NCBI GenBank assembly: GCA_963804645.1 | Contig: CAWDRG010000020.1 | Coordinates: 13,279-77,278, forward strand | DNA from: an uncultured Bacillota bacterium | GTDB lineage: Bacteria; Sysuimicrobiota; Sysuimicrobiia; Sysuimicrobiales; Segetimicrobiaceae | Length of the DNA: 64,000 nt | Direction: 5' to 3' | Shown: one piece after another, positions 10,054-20,088 of the stretch | Layout: each line of letters begins with the position of its first letter | How positions within the stretch are numbered: position 1 is the stretch's first letter | Position numbers and translations under genes: made by a program | Notes under the pieces: generated by a model | The model's input: only the letters and a program-made list of their open reading frames with translations | What the model was told of the DNA's origin: nothing | The model's database searches: none

Positions 10054-11178
10054 ATGCGCATCAAGGACGTCACGGTCCGGGGGTTCCGCCACCCATCCCA
10101 CACGGTGCGGGACGCCGAGGGGCACCGACACCCGGGCCCGGTGCACGAGGTCGTGCAGACGCTGACGACGATCACGACCGACGACGGCGTCGCGGGGCAC
10201 TGCTTCGGGGGCAGCGAGGCCCTCTGCCGCGTGGTCGCGCCGATGCTGGCGGGGCAGGATCCGCTCGACCGGGAGCGGCTGTGGCAGACGCTGCGCCGCT
10301 ACCAGCGCCTCGTCGGGGAGGTCCTGACCGACCGCAACCTCGCGGTGATCGACCTTGCGCTCTGGGATCTCATCGGCCAGGCCCTCCACCAGCCGGTGTT
10401 CAAGCTGCTCGGCGCCTACCGGGATTCGGTGCCGGCCTACGGCAGCACGATGTGCGGCGACGATCTGCCCGGCGGCTTGAGTTCGCCGGAGGAGTACGCC
10501 GACTTTGCGCAGGCGCTCCTCGCGGTGGGGTATCCGGCGATCAAGCTGCACACGTGGATGCCGCCGCTCGGCCCGGACCCCCGGCGTGATGTCGCCGCAT
10601 GCCGCGCCGTGCGCGAGCGGGTCGGCCCGGATGTGCGCCTGATGCTGGACTGCTACCACGACTACAGCCGCACCGACGCGCTCTACATCGGCCGCGCGCT
10701 CGAGGAGCTTGGCTTCTACTGGTTCGAGGAGCCGATGAACGAGCAGAGCATGAGCTCGTACGTCTGGCTCACCCGCGAGCTGCGCATTCCGGTCGTCGGG
10801 CCGGAGACGCTGGACGGCAAGATGCACGCGCGCGCGGAATGGCTCGTCGCCGGCGCCTCCGACATCAGCCGGTACTCCTCGCTGCTCGGCGGCATTACCC
10901 CGGCGATGAAGGCGGTCGCCCTGTGCGAATCGTTCGGCGTGCCGCTCGAGATGCACGGGGCGAACCCCGGCAACCTGCAGGTGCTCGGCGCGATGGGCAT
11001 TCCGGGGGAATACTACGAGCGCGGCCTGCTCCATCCGTTCGTCAACTACGAGGACGCCACCCCGTGGCTGCACGAGCTCTTTGATCCTGTTGATCGCCAC
11101 GGGAACGTGCGCATCTCCCAGAAGCCCGGCCTTGGGTTGGACGTGAACTGGGACTACATCGAACGCCAGAAGGTGTGA
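10054..11178 (+). CDS. Mandelate racemase / muconate lactonising enzyme family protein
   Basis: IDLALWDL, AYGST, IKLH, LMLD, WFEEP, GPE and LEMH enolase-superfamily motifs. Confidence 0.9.
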   Translation: MRIKDVTVRGFRHPSHTVRDAEGHRHPGPVHEVVQTLTTITTDDGVAGHCFGGSEALCRVVAPMLAGQDPLDRERLWQTLRRYQRLVGEVLTDRNLAVIDLALWDLIGQALHQPVFKLLGAYRDSVPAYGSTMCGDDLPGGLSSPEEYADFAQALLAVGYPAIKLHTWMPPLGPDPRRDVAACRAVRERVGPDVRLMLDCYHDYSRTDALYIGRALEELGFYWFEEPMNEQSMSSYVWLTRELRIPVVGPETLDGKMHARAEWLVAGASDISRYSSLLGGITPAMKAVALCESFGVPLEMHGANPGNLQVLGAMGIPGEYYERGLLHPFVNYEDATPWLHELFDPVDRHGNVRISQKPGLGLDVNWDYIERQKV

Positions 11179-11235
11179 GGCCGGTCCGGTGCACCGCGAT
11201 GCGCCAAGGTCCGGGCCGCTGTCGTCGGACGGAGG

Positions 11236-13047
11236 CTACTTGAACGTTGCGCCGGCCTGCAGCAGCAGATGTTCTGCGATCGGGCCGAGGGCGAGCGCGG
11301 GCAAGAAGCTCAGCGTGCCGACGAGGATGAGTACCGCGACAAGCCAGAGGACGAACTGCCACGCATCGGTCGGGAGGGTGCCTGGACCGGCGGGCCACTG
11401 TTTCTTCCCGACCATTGATCCCGCGATTGCCAGCGCTGGGATCGCCACCCAGAAGCGTCCGGCCAGCATGACCATGGCGCCGAACACGTTGTAGAACGGT
11501 GTGTTGCCGGTCAGCCCCGCGAATGCGCTGCCGTTGTTGTTCGACATCGACGTGAAGGCGTAGAGGATCTCGCTGAACCCGTGCGGCCCGGGGTTCGACG
11601 GGCCCGCCCGCCCCGCCGCGGTGAGCACCGCGATTGCCGTTGCGGTGAGGGCGACCGCCGGCATGATGATCACGACCAGGGTTGCCATCTTCATCTCGAA
11701 CGCTTCGATCTTCTTGCCCAGGTACTCGGGGCTGCGTCCGATCATGAGCCCAGCCGCGAACGCCGCCACGAGGACGTACACGAGCATTCCGTAGAGCCCC
11801 GACCCGACGCCGCCGTAGATGACCTCGCCGGTGTGCATCAGGAACAGCGGGACGAACCCTCCGGCCGGCGTGTAGGAATCGTAATCCGAGTTGGCCGAGC
11901 CGTTCGACGCTGCGGTGGTGAGCGCCGTCCACAACGCCGAGGCGGCGATCCCAAACCGCGCCTCCTTCCCCTCCATGTTGCCGCCCGGCTGCGCCGTCGT
12001 CGCCCGCTGGTCAACGCCCGCCGGGGTGAGCAGCGGATTGCCGGCCTGCTCCACGCTGACGGCCCCCACGAGCAGCGGCACGAAGATCACCGTCATCGCG
12101 GCGAGCAGCGCCCAGGCCTGTTTCGTGTTCCCGACCATCCGGCCAAACAGATAGCATGACCCGATCGGGATCAGGGCCATTGCCACCGTCTCGAAGAAGT
12201 TGGACAGCGGGGTCGGATTCTCGAACGGGTGCGCGGCATTCACGTTGAAGAAGGCACCGCCGTTCGTGAGCTGCCTGATCGCGACCTGCGAGGCCACGGG
12301 GCCCAGGGCAATCTGCTGCCCGGTGACTGTGACCGTCTGGGTCTTTGGCCGGCCCTTACTGTCGAGCACCGGTTTCCCGTTCGCGCCGGTCACCGGCCGC
12401 GTGTACGAGGTCGCTTCCATCAGCGTCGCGGTCCGGTACGGCGACAGCGTCTGGACGACGCCCTGGGACACGAGGAACAGGGCGAAGACGGCGGCGAGCG
12501 GCAGGAAGATGTACAGCGTGCCGCGCACGAGATCCACCCAGAAGTTGCCGATGGTCCGGCCCGACGTGCGCGCCACGCCGCGGAACAGCGCGACCATGAT
12601 CGCCAGCCCGGCCCCGGAGACGAAGGCTTTCGGCACGAACCCCGCCATCTGCGTCAGGTAGCTCATTGCCGTCTCGCCCGCGAAGTTCTGCCACTCGGTG
12701 GCGCTCACGTACGACGCCGCGGTGTTGAAGGCGAGGATGGGATCGATCGACGCAACGTGCTGCGGGTTGAATGGCAGCGCAGCCTGGAGCCGCAGCATCG
12801 CGTACAGCAGCAGCATGCCGGCGACGGTGAAGCACAAGAGTGCGCCGGCGTACGTCTGCCACTCCATCTCCTGCTCCGGCCGTACGCCGGCGCAGCGGTA
12901 CAGGAGCCGTTCCACCGGTCGGAGCAGCGGGTCGAGCCACGTGCGCTCGCCCTGGTAGACCCGCGCCATGTAGGCTCCGACCGGTTTGGCCGCGAGCAGC
13001 AGCACGACCATGACGGCGGCAATCTGCAGCCAGCCGAGAGTGGTCAC
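11236..13047 (-). CDS. kdpA: Second, orphan KdpA paralogue with altered selectivity-filter motifs
   Basis: Full-length alignment by eye to the kdpA at 14667: [53 protein letters not shown]. Confidence 0.93.
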   Translation of the reverse strand: MTTLGWLQIAAVMVVLLLAAKPVGAYMARVYQGERTWLDPLLRPVERLLYRCAGVRPEQEMEWQTYAGALLCFTVAGMLLLYAMLRLQAALPFNPQHVASIDPILAFNTAASYVSATEWQNFAGETAMSYLTQMAGFVPKAFVSGAGLAIMVALFRGVARTSGRTIGNFWVDLVRGTLYIFLPLAAVFALFLVSQGVVQTLSPYRTATLMEATSYTRPVTGANGKPVLDSKGRPKTQTVTVTGQQIALGPVASQVAIRQLTNGGAFFNVNAAHPFENPTPLSNFFETVAMALIPIGSCYLFGRMVGNTKQAWALLAAMTVIFVPLLVGAVSVEQAGNPLLTPAGVDQRATTAQPGGNMEGKEARFGIAASALWTALTTAASNGSANSDYDSYTPAGGFVPLFLMHTGEVIYGGVGSGLYGMLVYVLVAAFAAGLMIGRSPEYLGKKIEAFEMKMATLVVIIMPAVALTATAIAVLTAAGRAGPSNPGPHGFSEILYAFTSMSNNNGSAFAGLTGNTPFYNVFGAMVMLAGRFWVAIPALAIAGSMVGKKQWPAGPGTLPTDAWQFVLWLVAVLILVGTLSFLPALALGPIAEHLLLQAGATFK

Positions 13048-13125
13048 GCGACCCTGTTCAAACCCGAGGAATGTGCGGGGGACGTGTGAACCGCGTCCTC
13101 TGCGAAGTGGACGGAGCGGCTGCGG

Positions 13126-13278
13126 CTAGCGCCGTCGGGATCGTGGCGAGTACAGTCTTGCGGATGTGCTGGCCGTCCGGAGGATGGGGATGGGGCGGGG
13201 CTTCGACCGCCGGTCAAGGATCCGCAGGCAGGAACCCAAGGATAACAAGACGGCGCCGACAAGCAGTGCGTCCGACAC
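13126..13278 (-). CDS. Small membrane peptide (50 aa) upstream of the orphan kdpA
   Basis: RBS GAGAGGTGA then GTG: MSDALLVGAVLLSLGSCLRILDRRSKP...; resembles the 14490 peptide. Below the ORF-track cut-off. Confidence 0.45.
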   Translation of the reverse strand: MSDALLVGAVLLSLGSCLRILDRRSKPRPIPILRTASTSARLYSPRSRRR

Positions 13279-13365
13279 GTTCGTCACCTCTCAGCGAAGC
13301 GCGGGCGTCAAACTCTGCTCCGAGTCACCCGCGCGCGGACATCGTGGTCCGCAGGCTTCCGCGCC

Positions 13366-13431
13366 ATCCTACCACGGACCGGCGTGGCGGCGGCGTTAAG
13401 ATATCGTGTCGGGGCGCTACGATGTTGTGAC
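13366..13431 (-). promoter_or_regulatory. Putative KdpE-type promoter for the orphan kdpA
   Basis: Minus strand GTCAC, GTAGC, TTAAC and a degenerate 4th box at 11/21/11 spacing, then TG-G-TAGGAT (13371-13366). Confidence 0.55.
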
Positions 13432-13460
13432 GCCCCCATTGGAGGGGACGCGAAGCGAAA

Positions 13461-13525
13461 TTAATCGAGGTTTAACGGCGGAGGCCTCCACCGTAACGCC
13501 GCCGTAGCGCGGGTGGTGGTATCGT
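13461..13525 (+). promoter_or_regulatory. Putative KdpE-type promoter for the USP gene
   Basis: TTAAT 13461, TTAAC 13472, GTAAC 13493, GTAGC 13504, then TG-G-TATCGT at 13520. Confidence 0.65.
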
Positions 13526-13568
13526 GCATGCGACGGCGCACAGACGCCCCCGAGGGGTGGACACTTGT

Positions 13569-14303
13569 ATGTCACGTCGCATGACGAGCACGCTGGATCG
13601 CGTCCGGCCGGATGCAGCCTTTGACCACCGCCCCGGAGCGCCCCTGGGCAGCGGGGATGCCCCGGAGATCGTGTTCGGCGTGGAGGGCGATTCGAACGAC
13701 GGGCGCGCCATCCGTGCGCTGCCGAGCCTGTGCTGGGGCATGGAGCACGCAAGTGTCCGGCTGCGCATCGTCCACGTGGTGACCGTGCCGATGACGTTGC
13801 CGCTCGACGCGGAACTCCCCGAGGCCGACGCAGCGGCGGCGGGCATCCTCGGCCGCGCGAACTTTGCGGCCGCGTCGGTCGGTATCCCGGCGCGGACCGG
13901 GACGGTGAGGGCCCGGAGTGTCGCCGGTGGGCTGATCGAGGCCGCACGGCGATCCTCGGCGAGAGGGATCGTGGTGCCGCTGCACCGCCGCGAGGGTGTC
14001 GGGGCGCACGTGATCTTGAGCCGCACCGCGCGGACGTTGCTCACATCCGCCTCGTGCCCCGTCTATCTCCTGCACCTTCCACACGGCGACCTCGATGGCG
14101 GGCCCGTCGATGCGGTTGGGACGTCCCGGCGCCGGCACGGGGTCCGCAACTGGCTGGCATCTCTCTGGGAGAAGTTCCTCGTCGCATGCGTGATCGCGGA
14201 GACGAGCGCGTTCGAGCTCTGCGGGACGTGCGTGTCCGCCCGCCCGTATCTTGAGGAGACGATGCGGATCCTTGAACTCGGCCGCATCACCCCGAGGGCC
14301 TAG
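13569..14303 (+). CDS. Universal stress protein (USP) domain protein
   Basis: RIVHVVTVPMTLPLDAELPE, RARSVAGGLIEAAR and LSRTARTLLTSASCPVYLL follow the USP fold pattern. Confidence 0.8.
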   Translation: MSRRMTSTLDRVRPDAAFDHRPGAPLGSGDAPEIVFGVEGDSNDGRAIRALPSLCWGMEHASVRLRIVHVVTVPMTLPLDAELPEADAAAAGILGRANFAAASVGIPARTGTVRARSVAGGLIEAARRSSARGIVVPLHRREGVGAHVILSRTARTLLTSASCPVYLLHLPHGDLDGGPVDAVGTSRRRHGVRNWLASLWEKFLVACVIAETSAFELCGTCVSARPYLEETMRILELGRITPRA

Positions 14304-14347
14304 CCTCCTGCTCGACACGTGCGGCCTTCCGAACAGTGCCCCCGAGA

Positions 14348-14413
14348 TTAACAAAACATTAATGCCCTTCGCTCCGGCCGTAATGGCTCTGTAATGCCGT
14401 TCGATGATACCGT
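14348..14413 (+). promoter_or_regulatory. Putative KdpE-binding promoter of kdpFABC
   Basis: TTAAC 14348, TTAAT 14359, GTAAT 14380, GTAAT 14391, then TG-A-TACCGT at 14408; an AT-rich island in GC-rich DNA. Confidence 0.7.
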
Positions 14414-14489
14414 GGCGGAGTAATTGACGCCGCGGTGCGGGTTGTGCGCGCGGCGGGCGGGGCACGGGGACAGGGGAGGGTGGTCATCG

Positions 14490-14582
14490 GTGGCGGACGT
14501 CGAGCTCATTGTGCTTACGTTGGTGTTCTTTTTCTCGTGCGTGCTGATGGTCGAGGGCCTCGACCGGCTGATGGGACGGTGA
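14490..14582 (+). CDS. Small hydrophobic kdp-associated peptide (30 aa) upstream of kdpF
   Basis: GGGGAGGG RBS; MADVELIVLTLVFFFSCVLMVEGLDRLMGR, a single TM followed by DRL. Confidence 0.7.
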   Translation: MADVELIVLTLVFFFSCVLMVEGLDRLMGR

Positions 14583-14586
14583 CGAC

Positions 14587-14670
14587 ATGGTCGTGATCGC
14601 AGGCGTGCTCTCGCTCGCGCTGCTGGGATATTTGATCTGCGCACTGTTGAAGCCAGAGTGGTTTGTATGA
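14587..14670 (+). CDS. kdpF: K+-transporting ATPase subunit F
   Basis: [27 protein letters not shown] fits the KdpF pattern YLxxALxxPExF; ATGA overlap with the kdpA start. Confidence 0.9.
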   Translation: MVVIAGVLSLALLGYLICALLKPEWFV

Positions 14671-16484
14671 CGACCAACGGGATCGTCCGCATCGTCCTGC
14701 TTCTCGTCGTCACCTTTCTGCTCGTCAAGCCCGTCGGCACCTACATGGCGAAGGTCTACGAAGGGGAACGGACCTTCCTGGACCGGTTCCTGAAGCCGCT
14801 CGAACGGTGGCTGTACCGGATCTGCGCCATCGATGCGCAGGCCGACATGCCGTGGCAGACATACACGATCGCGCTGCTCGTCTTTACGATCGTCGGCATG
14901 CTGCTCTTGTACGCGCTGCAGCGGCTGCAGGGCGTGCTGCCGTTCAACCCCCAGGCGATGGGCCCGGTCGATCCGAGCCTTGCGTTCAACACCGCCACGT
15001 CGTTCGCGACGAACACGAACTGGCAGAACTACGGCGGAGAGACTACGCTCAGCTACTTCAGCCAGATGGCGGGGCTGACAGTGAAGAACTTCACCTCGGC
15101 CGCCGTCGGCATGGCGGTCCTGGTGGCCCTGATCCGCGGCCTGACGCGCCGCTCGGTCAAGTCGATCGGCAACTTCTGGGTCGATACGGTGCGCGGGGTC
15201 CTGTACGTACTCATGCCGCTTTCGATCGTCCTCGCGCTGCTGCTGGCGTGGCAGGGGCTCCCGGCGACGCTGTCGGCGTACACGACGGCGACCCTCATGG
15301 AGCCGACCTCGTACCAGCAGCCGGTCACCGATGCGAACGGGAAGCCGGTACTCGACGCCAAGGGTCAGCCGGAGACCAAGACGGTCAAGGTGACCGAGCA
15401 GCAGATCGCCATCGGTCCCGTGGCGTCGCAAATTGCGATCAAGGAGCTCGGCACGAACGGTGGCGGATTTTTCAATACCAACTCAGCGCATCCGTTCGAG
15501 AACCCAACGCCGCTCTCGAACTTCCTCGAAATGCTTGCGATCTTGCTTATCCCAATGGCACTCGTCTACACGTACGGCCGGATGGTGAAGGACACCCGCC
15601 AGGGCTGGGCGTTGCTCGCGGCGATGACGATCTGCTTCCTTCCGGCCATCGGGGTCGCCGTGGGGTTCGAGCAGGCCGGCAACCCGCTGTTCCATTCGCT
15701 CGGCGTCGATCAGGTCGCGAGCGCGGTGCAGCCTGGCGGGAACATGGAAGGCAAGGAGGTCCGGTTCGGCCCCGTCGACTCGGCACTCTGGGCCGTGTCG
15801 ACGACCTCGACCTCGAACGGCTCGGTGAACTCGATGCACGACTCCTACACCCCGATCGCCGGCATGGTGCCGATGATCATGATGCACCTCGGTGAGATCA
15901 TCTACGGCGGCGTGGGCACCGGAATGTACGACATGGTGGCGCTCGTCATTGTCGCCGCGTTCGTCGCGGGATTGATGGTGGGCCGCACGCCGGAGTACCT
16001 CGGCAAGAAGATCGAATCGTTCGAGATGAAGATGGCCACGATCGTCGTGCTGGTGATGCCGGCGGTTGTGCTGGTCGGGACCGCGCTCGGGGTCGCGACT
16101 GCGGCCGGCAGGGCCGGGGTGTCGAACCCGGGCCCGCACGGGTTCAGCGAGATCCTCTACGCGTTTACGTCCATGGGCAACAACAACGGCAGCGCGTTCG
16201 CGGGCCTGAACGGCAACACCCCGTTTTACAACGACGTCGGGGCGGCCGTGATGTGGCTCGGACGGTTCTGGGAGATTGTTCCGGTGCTCGCGATCGCCGG
16301 ATCCCTGGCCGCCAAGAAGCTCGTGCCGCCGGGCGCGGGGACGCTGCCCACGCACACGCCGCTGTTCGTCGCGTGGCTGGTGGCGGTGATTATCGTGCTG
16401 GGGGCGTTGAGCTTCCTGCCCGTGCTGGCGCTTGGGCCGATCGTCGAGCACCTGCTGCTGGTCGCCGGCACCACCTTCAAGTGA
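14667..16484 (+). CDS. kdpA: K+-transporting ATPase subunit A
   Basis: Canonical filter motifs [18 protein letters not shown] and NNNGS. Confidence 0.97.
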   Translation: MTTNGIVRIVLLLVVTFLLVKPVGTYMAKVYEGERTFLDRFLKPLERWLYRICAIDAQADMPWQTYTIALLVFTIVGMLLLYALQRLQGVLPFNPQAMGPVDPSLAFNTATSFATNTNWQNYGGETTLSYFSQMAGLTVKNFTSAAVGMAVLVALIRGLTRRSVKSIGNFWVDTVRGVLYVLMPLSIVLALLLAWQGLPATLSAYTTATLMEPTSYQQPVTDANGKPVLDAKGQPETKTVKVTEQQIAIGPVASQIAIKELGTNGGGFFNTNSAHPFENPTPLSNFLEMLAILLIPMALVYTYGRMVKDTRQGWALLAAMTICFLPAIGVAVGFEQAGNPLFHSLGVDQVASAVQPGGNMEGKEVRFGPVDSALWAVSTTSTSNGSVNSMHDSYTPIAGMVPMIMMHLGEIIYGGVGTGMYDMVALVIVAAFVAGLMVGRTPEYLGKKIESFEMKMATIVVLVMPAVVLVGTALGVATAAGRAGVSNPGPHGFSEILYAFTSMGNNNGSAFAGLNGNTPFYNDVGAAVMWLGRFWEIVPVLAIAGSLAAKKLVPPGAGTLPTHTPLFVAWLVAVIIVLGALSFLPVLALGPIVEHLLLVAGTTFK

Positions 16485-16497
16485 GGAGACGGAGAGC

Positions 16498-18588
16498 ATG
16501 AGCGTAGAGACCACGCACCGCGCGGCCCCCCAGCAGGCCATGATTTGGCGAGTGGCGATCCGGGACGCGTTCCTGCGGCTGGATCCGCGCCAGCAGTTGC
16601 GCAACCCGGTGATGTTCGTCGTGGAGATCGGCAGCGTGTTCACGACGATCCTGTTCTTCCAGGCGCTCGGGGGGAAGGGCGAGGCGCCCGCGCCGTTTAT
16701 CGGCAGCGTGGCGATCTGGCTCTGGTTCACCGTCGTGTTCGCAAACTTTGCGGAGGCGCTGGCCGAGGGACGCGGCAAGGCACAGGCGGAGGCGCTGCGG
16801 CGCGCGCGCCGGACCATCTCGGCGCGGCGGCTCGCGCGGCCGGAACGCACCGCGCCGTCGGAAACCGTTCCGTCTACCGCGCTGCGGAAGGGCGACGTCG
16901 TCCTGGTCCAGGTCGGCGAGGCGATCCCCGCCGACGGCGAGGTGATCGAAGGCGTCGCGTCCGTCGACGAGAGCGCCGTGACCGGCGAGAGCGCCCCGGT
17001 GATCCGCGAATCGGGCGGCGACCGGAGCGCCGTGACCGGCAGCACCGTGGTGCTGTCCGACTGGCTCCTGATCCGCATCACCGCCAATCCCGGCGAGGGC
17101 TTCATCGACCGCATGATCGCGCTGATCGAGGGCGCGCGGCGGCAGAAGACGCCGAACGAGATCGCGCTGACAATCCTGCTCGTCGGCTTCACGATCCTGT
17201 TCCTGCTGGTCTGCGCGACACTGTACCCGTACTCGGTGTTCAGCGTCAGCGTCGCGGGCCACGGCACGCCGGTGACGATCACGGTGCTGATCGCGCTCCT
17301 AGTGTGCCTGATCCCGACGACGATCGGCGGCCTCCTGAGCGCGATCGGCATCGCGGGGATGGACCGCATGATCAAGCGCAACGTGATCGCCCTGTCGGGC
17401 CGTGCCGTGGAGGCTGCGGGCGACGTGGACGTGCTCTTGCTCGACAAGACCGGCACGATCACGCTCGGCAACCGGCAGGCGGTCGAGTTCATCCCGGTGG
17501 ACGGAGTGGACGCACGGCAACTCGCGGAAGCGGCGCAGCTCGCGTCCCTGGCCGACGAGACGCCGGAAGGCCGCAGCATCGTGGTGCTCGCAAAGGACCA
17601 GTATGCGATGCGGGGCCGCACCGTCGGCGGCACGGAAGAGGCGCCGCACGGCGCCACGTTCGTGCCGTTCAGCGCCCAGACGCGGATGAGCGGCGTGGAT
17701 TTCGATGGGACGGTCATCCGCAAGGGTGCGGCGACGGCGATCATCGAGTTCGTGGAGGGGCGCGGCGGCCGGATTCCCCCAGAGCTCAACGCCACGGTTG
17801 ATCGGATCTCCAGGACGGGCGGCACGCCGCTGGTCGTGTCCAGGAACGATACCGTGCTTGGCGTCATCTACTTGAAGGACATCGTGAAGGGCGGCATCAA
17901 GGAGCGATTCCTGCAGCTGCGGAAAATGGGCATTCGCACGGTCATGATCACCGGCGACAATCCGTTGACGGCCGCCGCGATCGCCGCCGAGTCCGGGGTG
18001 GACGATTTTCTGGCGCAGGCGAAGCCCGAGGACAAACTCAAGCTGATCCGCGATTACCAGTCCGGCGGCCGGCTCGTGGCGATGACCGGCGACGGCACCA
18101 ACGATGCGCCGGCGCTCGCGCAGGCCGACGTGGCGGTGGCCATGAACACCGGGACGCAGCCGGCGCGGGAAGCCGCGAATATGATCGACCTCGACAGCAA
18201 CCCGACGAAGCTGATCGAGGTCGTCGAGATCGGCAAGCAGCTGCTGATGACGCGGGGCGCGCTGACGACGTTCAGCATCGCGAACGACGTCGCCAAGTAC
18301 TTCGCGATCATCCCGGCGGCCTTTGCGTCCACGTACCCCGTGCTGACCGCGCTCAACTTCATGCGCCTCAGCACCCCGGACAACGCGATTTCGGCCGCCG
18401 TGATCTTCAATGCGCTGATCATCATTGCGCTCATTCCGCTGTCGCTGCGGGGCGTCAAGTACCGCCCGGCCAGCGCCGGGGAGATCCTGCGCGACAACCT
18501 GCTGCTCTACGGCGTCGGCGGCGTCATCGCGCCGTTCATCGGGATCAAGTTGATCGACGTGATTCTCGTCGCGCTGGGGCTCCATTAG
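16498..18588 (+). CDS. kdpB: K+-transporting ATPase subunit B (P-type ATPase)
   Basis: [32 protein letters not shown] and [10 protein letters not shown]. Confidence 0.98.
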   Translation: MSVETTHRAAPQQAMIWRVAIRDAFLRLDPRQQLRNPVMFVVEIGSVFTTILFFQALGGKGEAPAPFIGSVAIWLWFTVVFANFAEALAEGRGKAQAEALRRARRTISARRLARPERTAPSETVPSTALRKGDVVLVQVGEAIPADGEVIEGVASVDESAVTGESAPVIRESGGDRSAVTGSTVVLSDWLLIRITANPGEGFIDRMIALIEGARRQKTPNEIALTILLVGFTILFLLVCATLYPYSVFSVSVAGHGTPVTITVLIALLVCLIPTTIGGLLSAIGIAGMDRMIKRNVIALSGRAVEAAGDVDVLLLDKTGTITLGNRQAVEFIPVDGVDARQLAEAAQLASLADETPEGRSIVVLAKDQYAMRGRTVGGTEEAPHGATFVPFSAQTRMSGVDFDGTVIRKGAATAIIEFVEGRGGRIPPELNATVDRISRTGGTPLVVSRNDTVLGVIYLKDIVKGGIKERFLQLRKMGIRTVMITGDNPLTAAAIAAESGVDDFLAQAKPEDKLKLIRDYQSGGRLVAMTGDGTNDAPALAQADVAVAMNTGTQPAREAANMIDLDSNPTKLIEVVEIGKQLLMTRGALTTFSIANDVAKYFAIIPAAFASTYPVLTALNFMRLSTPDNAISAAVIFNALIIIALIPLSLRGVKYRPASAGEILRDNLLLYGVGGVIAPFIGIKLIDVILVALGLH

Positions 18589-18668
18589 GATGCCCGCGCG
18601 GCCAATGCATCACACGGCGGCCCGCAGTCGAGCGGTGGGCGCCGACCACCGATAAGGAGCGAGGAATC

Positions 18669-19241
18669 ATGCGCGCACAACTGCTTCCAGCGGTCATGCT
18701 GACCCTGATGCTGGCGATCATTACGGGGCTGTGCTATCCGCTCGTAATCACCGGGATCGCGCAGGTCCTGTTTCCGCACCAGGCGAACGGCAGCCTGATC
18801 GTGGATCATGGCAAGGTCGTGGGCTCCGAGCTGATCGGCCAGCCGTTCGCGGACCCCGGCCACTTTTGGAGCCGGCCGTCGGCCACGTCGCCGCAGGCCT
18901 ACAACGCCGCGTCGTCCAGCGGCTCGAACCTGGGCCCGACGAACCAGGCGCTGATCGACCAGGTGAAGGCGAACGTCGCGGCGCTCCGCCAGGCGGATCC
19001 GGGGAACACCGCGCCGGTGCCGGTGGACCTCGTCACGAACTCCGCGAGCGGGCTCGATCCCGACATCAGCGTCGCGGCGGCGCTGTACCAGGTGCCGCGG
19101 GTCGCGCGGGTGCGCAAGCTGCCGGTCGAGACCGTCCGCACCCTCGTGGCGCAGTACACGGAGGGCCGCCAGCTGGGCGTGCTCGGGGAGCCGCGGGTGA
19201 ACGTGCTCGAATTGAACCGGGCGCTCGACCAGGTGAAGTGA
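18669..19241 (+). CDS. kdpC: K+-transporting ATPase subunit C
   Basis: [39 protein letters not shown] and [11 protein letters not shown]. Confidence 0.97.
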   Translation: MRAQLLPAVMLTLMLAIITGLCYPLVITGIAQVLFPHQANGSLIVDHGKVVGSELIGQPFADPGHFWSRPSATSPQAYNAASSSGSNLGPTNQALIDQVKANVAALRQADPGNTAPVPVDLVTNSASGLDPDISVAAALYQVPRVARVRKLPVETVRTLVAQYTEGRQLGVLGEPRVNVLELNRALDQVK

Positions 19242-19278
19242 GCGCCGCGGGCGCCGCACGGATGTACGGCCGCGTCGC

Positions 19279-19983
19279 GTGGGCCACGCCGTAGCAGGAG
19301 CCGGGCCGCGCATTCTCGTCGTCGACGACGAGGAGCCGGCGCGCCGGCTGCTGTGCGTGCAGTTTGCCGCCCGGGGCTACCGCGTCGTCGAAGCCGCGAC
19401 CGGGCAGGCGGGGTTGTCGACCGCCGCGACCCTGCACCCCGATCTGGTCATCGTGGACCTCGAGCTTCCGGATCTCGACGGCCTCGAGGTCATCCGGCGG
19501 CTCCGGGAGTGGTCGAACACCCCGATCGTCGCCTTGTCCGTCCGCGATCTAGAGGCGCAGAAGGTCGCCGCGCTGGACGCCGGGGCGGACGACTACGTCA
19601 CTAAGCCGTTCAGCACCGGCGAGCTGCTGGCGCGCATTCGGGTCGCGCTGCGCCACGTCCCCCGCGGCGCGGCCGAGCCCCGGATCGTGATCGGCGCCCT
19701 CACCGTCGACGTGGCCCGACGAAGGGTCACCATGGGGACGCGGGAAGTGGCGCTCACCCCCGTCGAGTACTCGCTGTTGAAAGCGTTGGCGCGTTCGCCG
19801 GACTCGGTGCACATGCACCGGCACCTCCTCCGTGACGTGTGGGGCCCTGCCTACGAGCGGGATCTCAACCTCCTCCGCGTCAGCGTCAATAAGCTCCGCC
19901 GCAAAATCGAGTCGAACCCGGCGCGGCCGCAGTACATTGTCACCGAAGCGGGCGTCGGCTACCGGCTGCGATCTCCGCAGTGA
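19279..19983 (+). CDS. kdpE: OmpR-family response regulator KdpE
   Basis: VVDDE, DLELPDLDG, KVAALDAGADDYVTKPF, LRRKIESNPARPQYIVTEAGVGYR; lies directly after kdpC. Confidence 0.9.
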   Translation: MGHAVAGAGPRILVVDDEEPARRLLCVQFAARGYRVVEAATGQAGLSTAATLHPDLVIVDLELPDLDGLEVIRRLREWSNTPIVALSVRDLEAQKVAALDAGADDYVTKPFSTGELLARIRVALRHVPRGAAEPRIVIGALTVDVARRRVTMGTREVALTPVEYSLLKALARSPDSVHMHRHLLRDVWGPAYERDLNLLRVSVNKLRRKIESNPARPQYIVTEAGVGYRLRSPQ

Positions 19984-20059
19984 CGGGGCCGTTCCCCAAG
20001 CCGGGCACGTCACGGCCTGGCCCAGCGGGTCCGGTCTGCGCCTGGGAGCGAGGATGTAC

Positions 20060-20088
20060 TTACCAGCCGGCTGCCCTGGTGTTAGAAT
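20060..20088 (+). promoter_or_regulatory. Putative sigma70 promoter
   Basis: TTACCA, 17 nt, then TAGAAT with an extended TG. Confidence 0.45.

Noticed and set aside
11236..16484. The two kdpA copies as an assembly duplication or inverted-repeat mobile element
   Set aside because: The copies differ at many synonymous and non-synonymous sites throughout; there are no terminal repeats or transposase.
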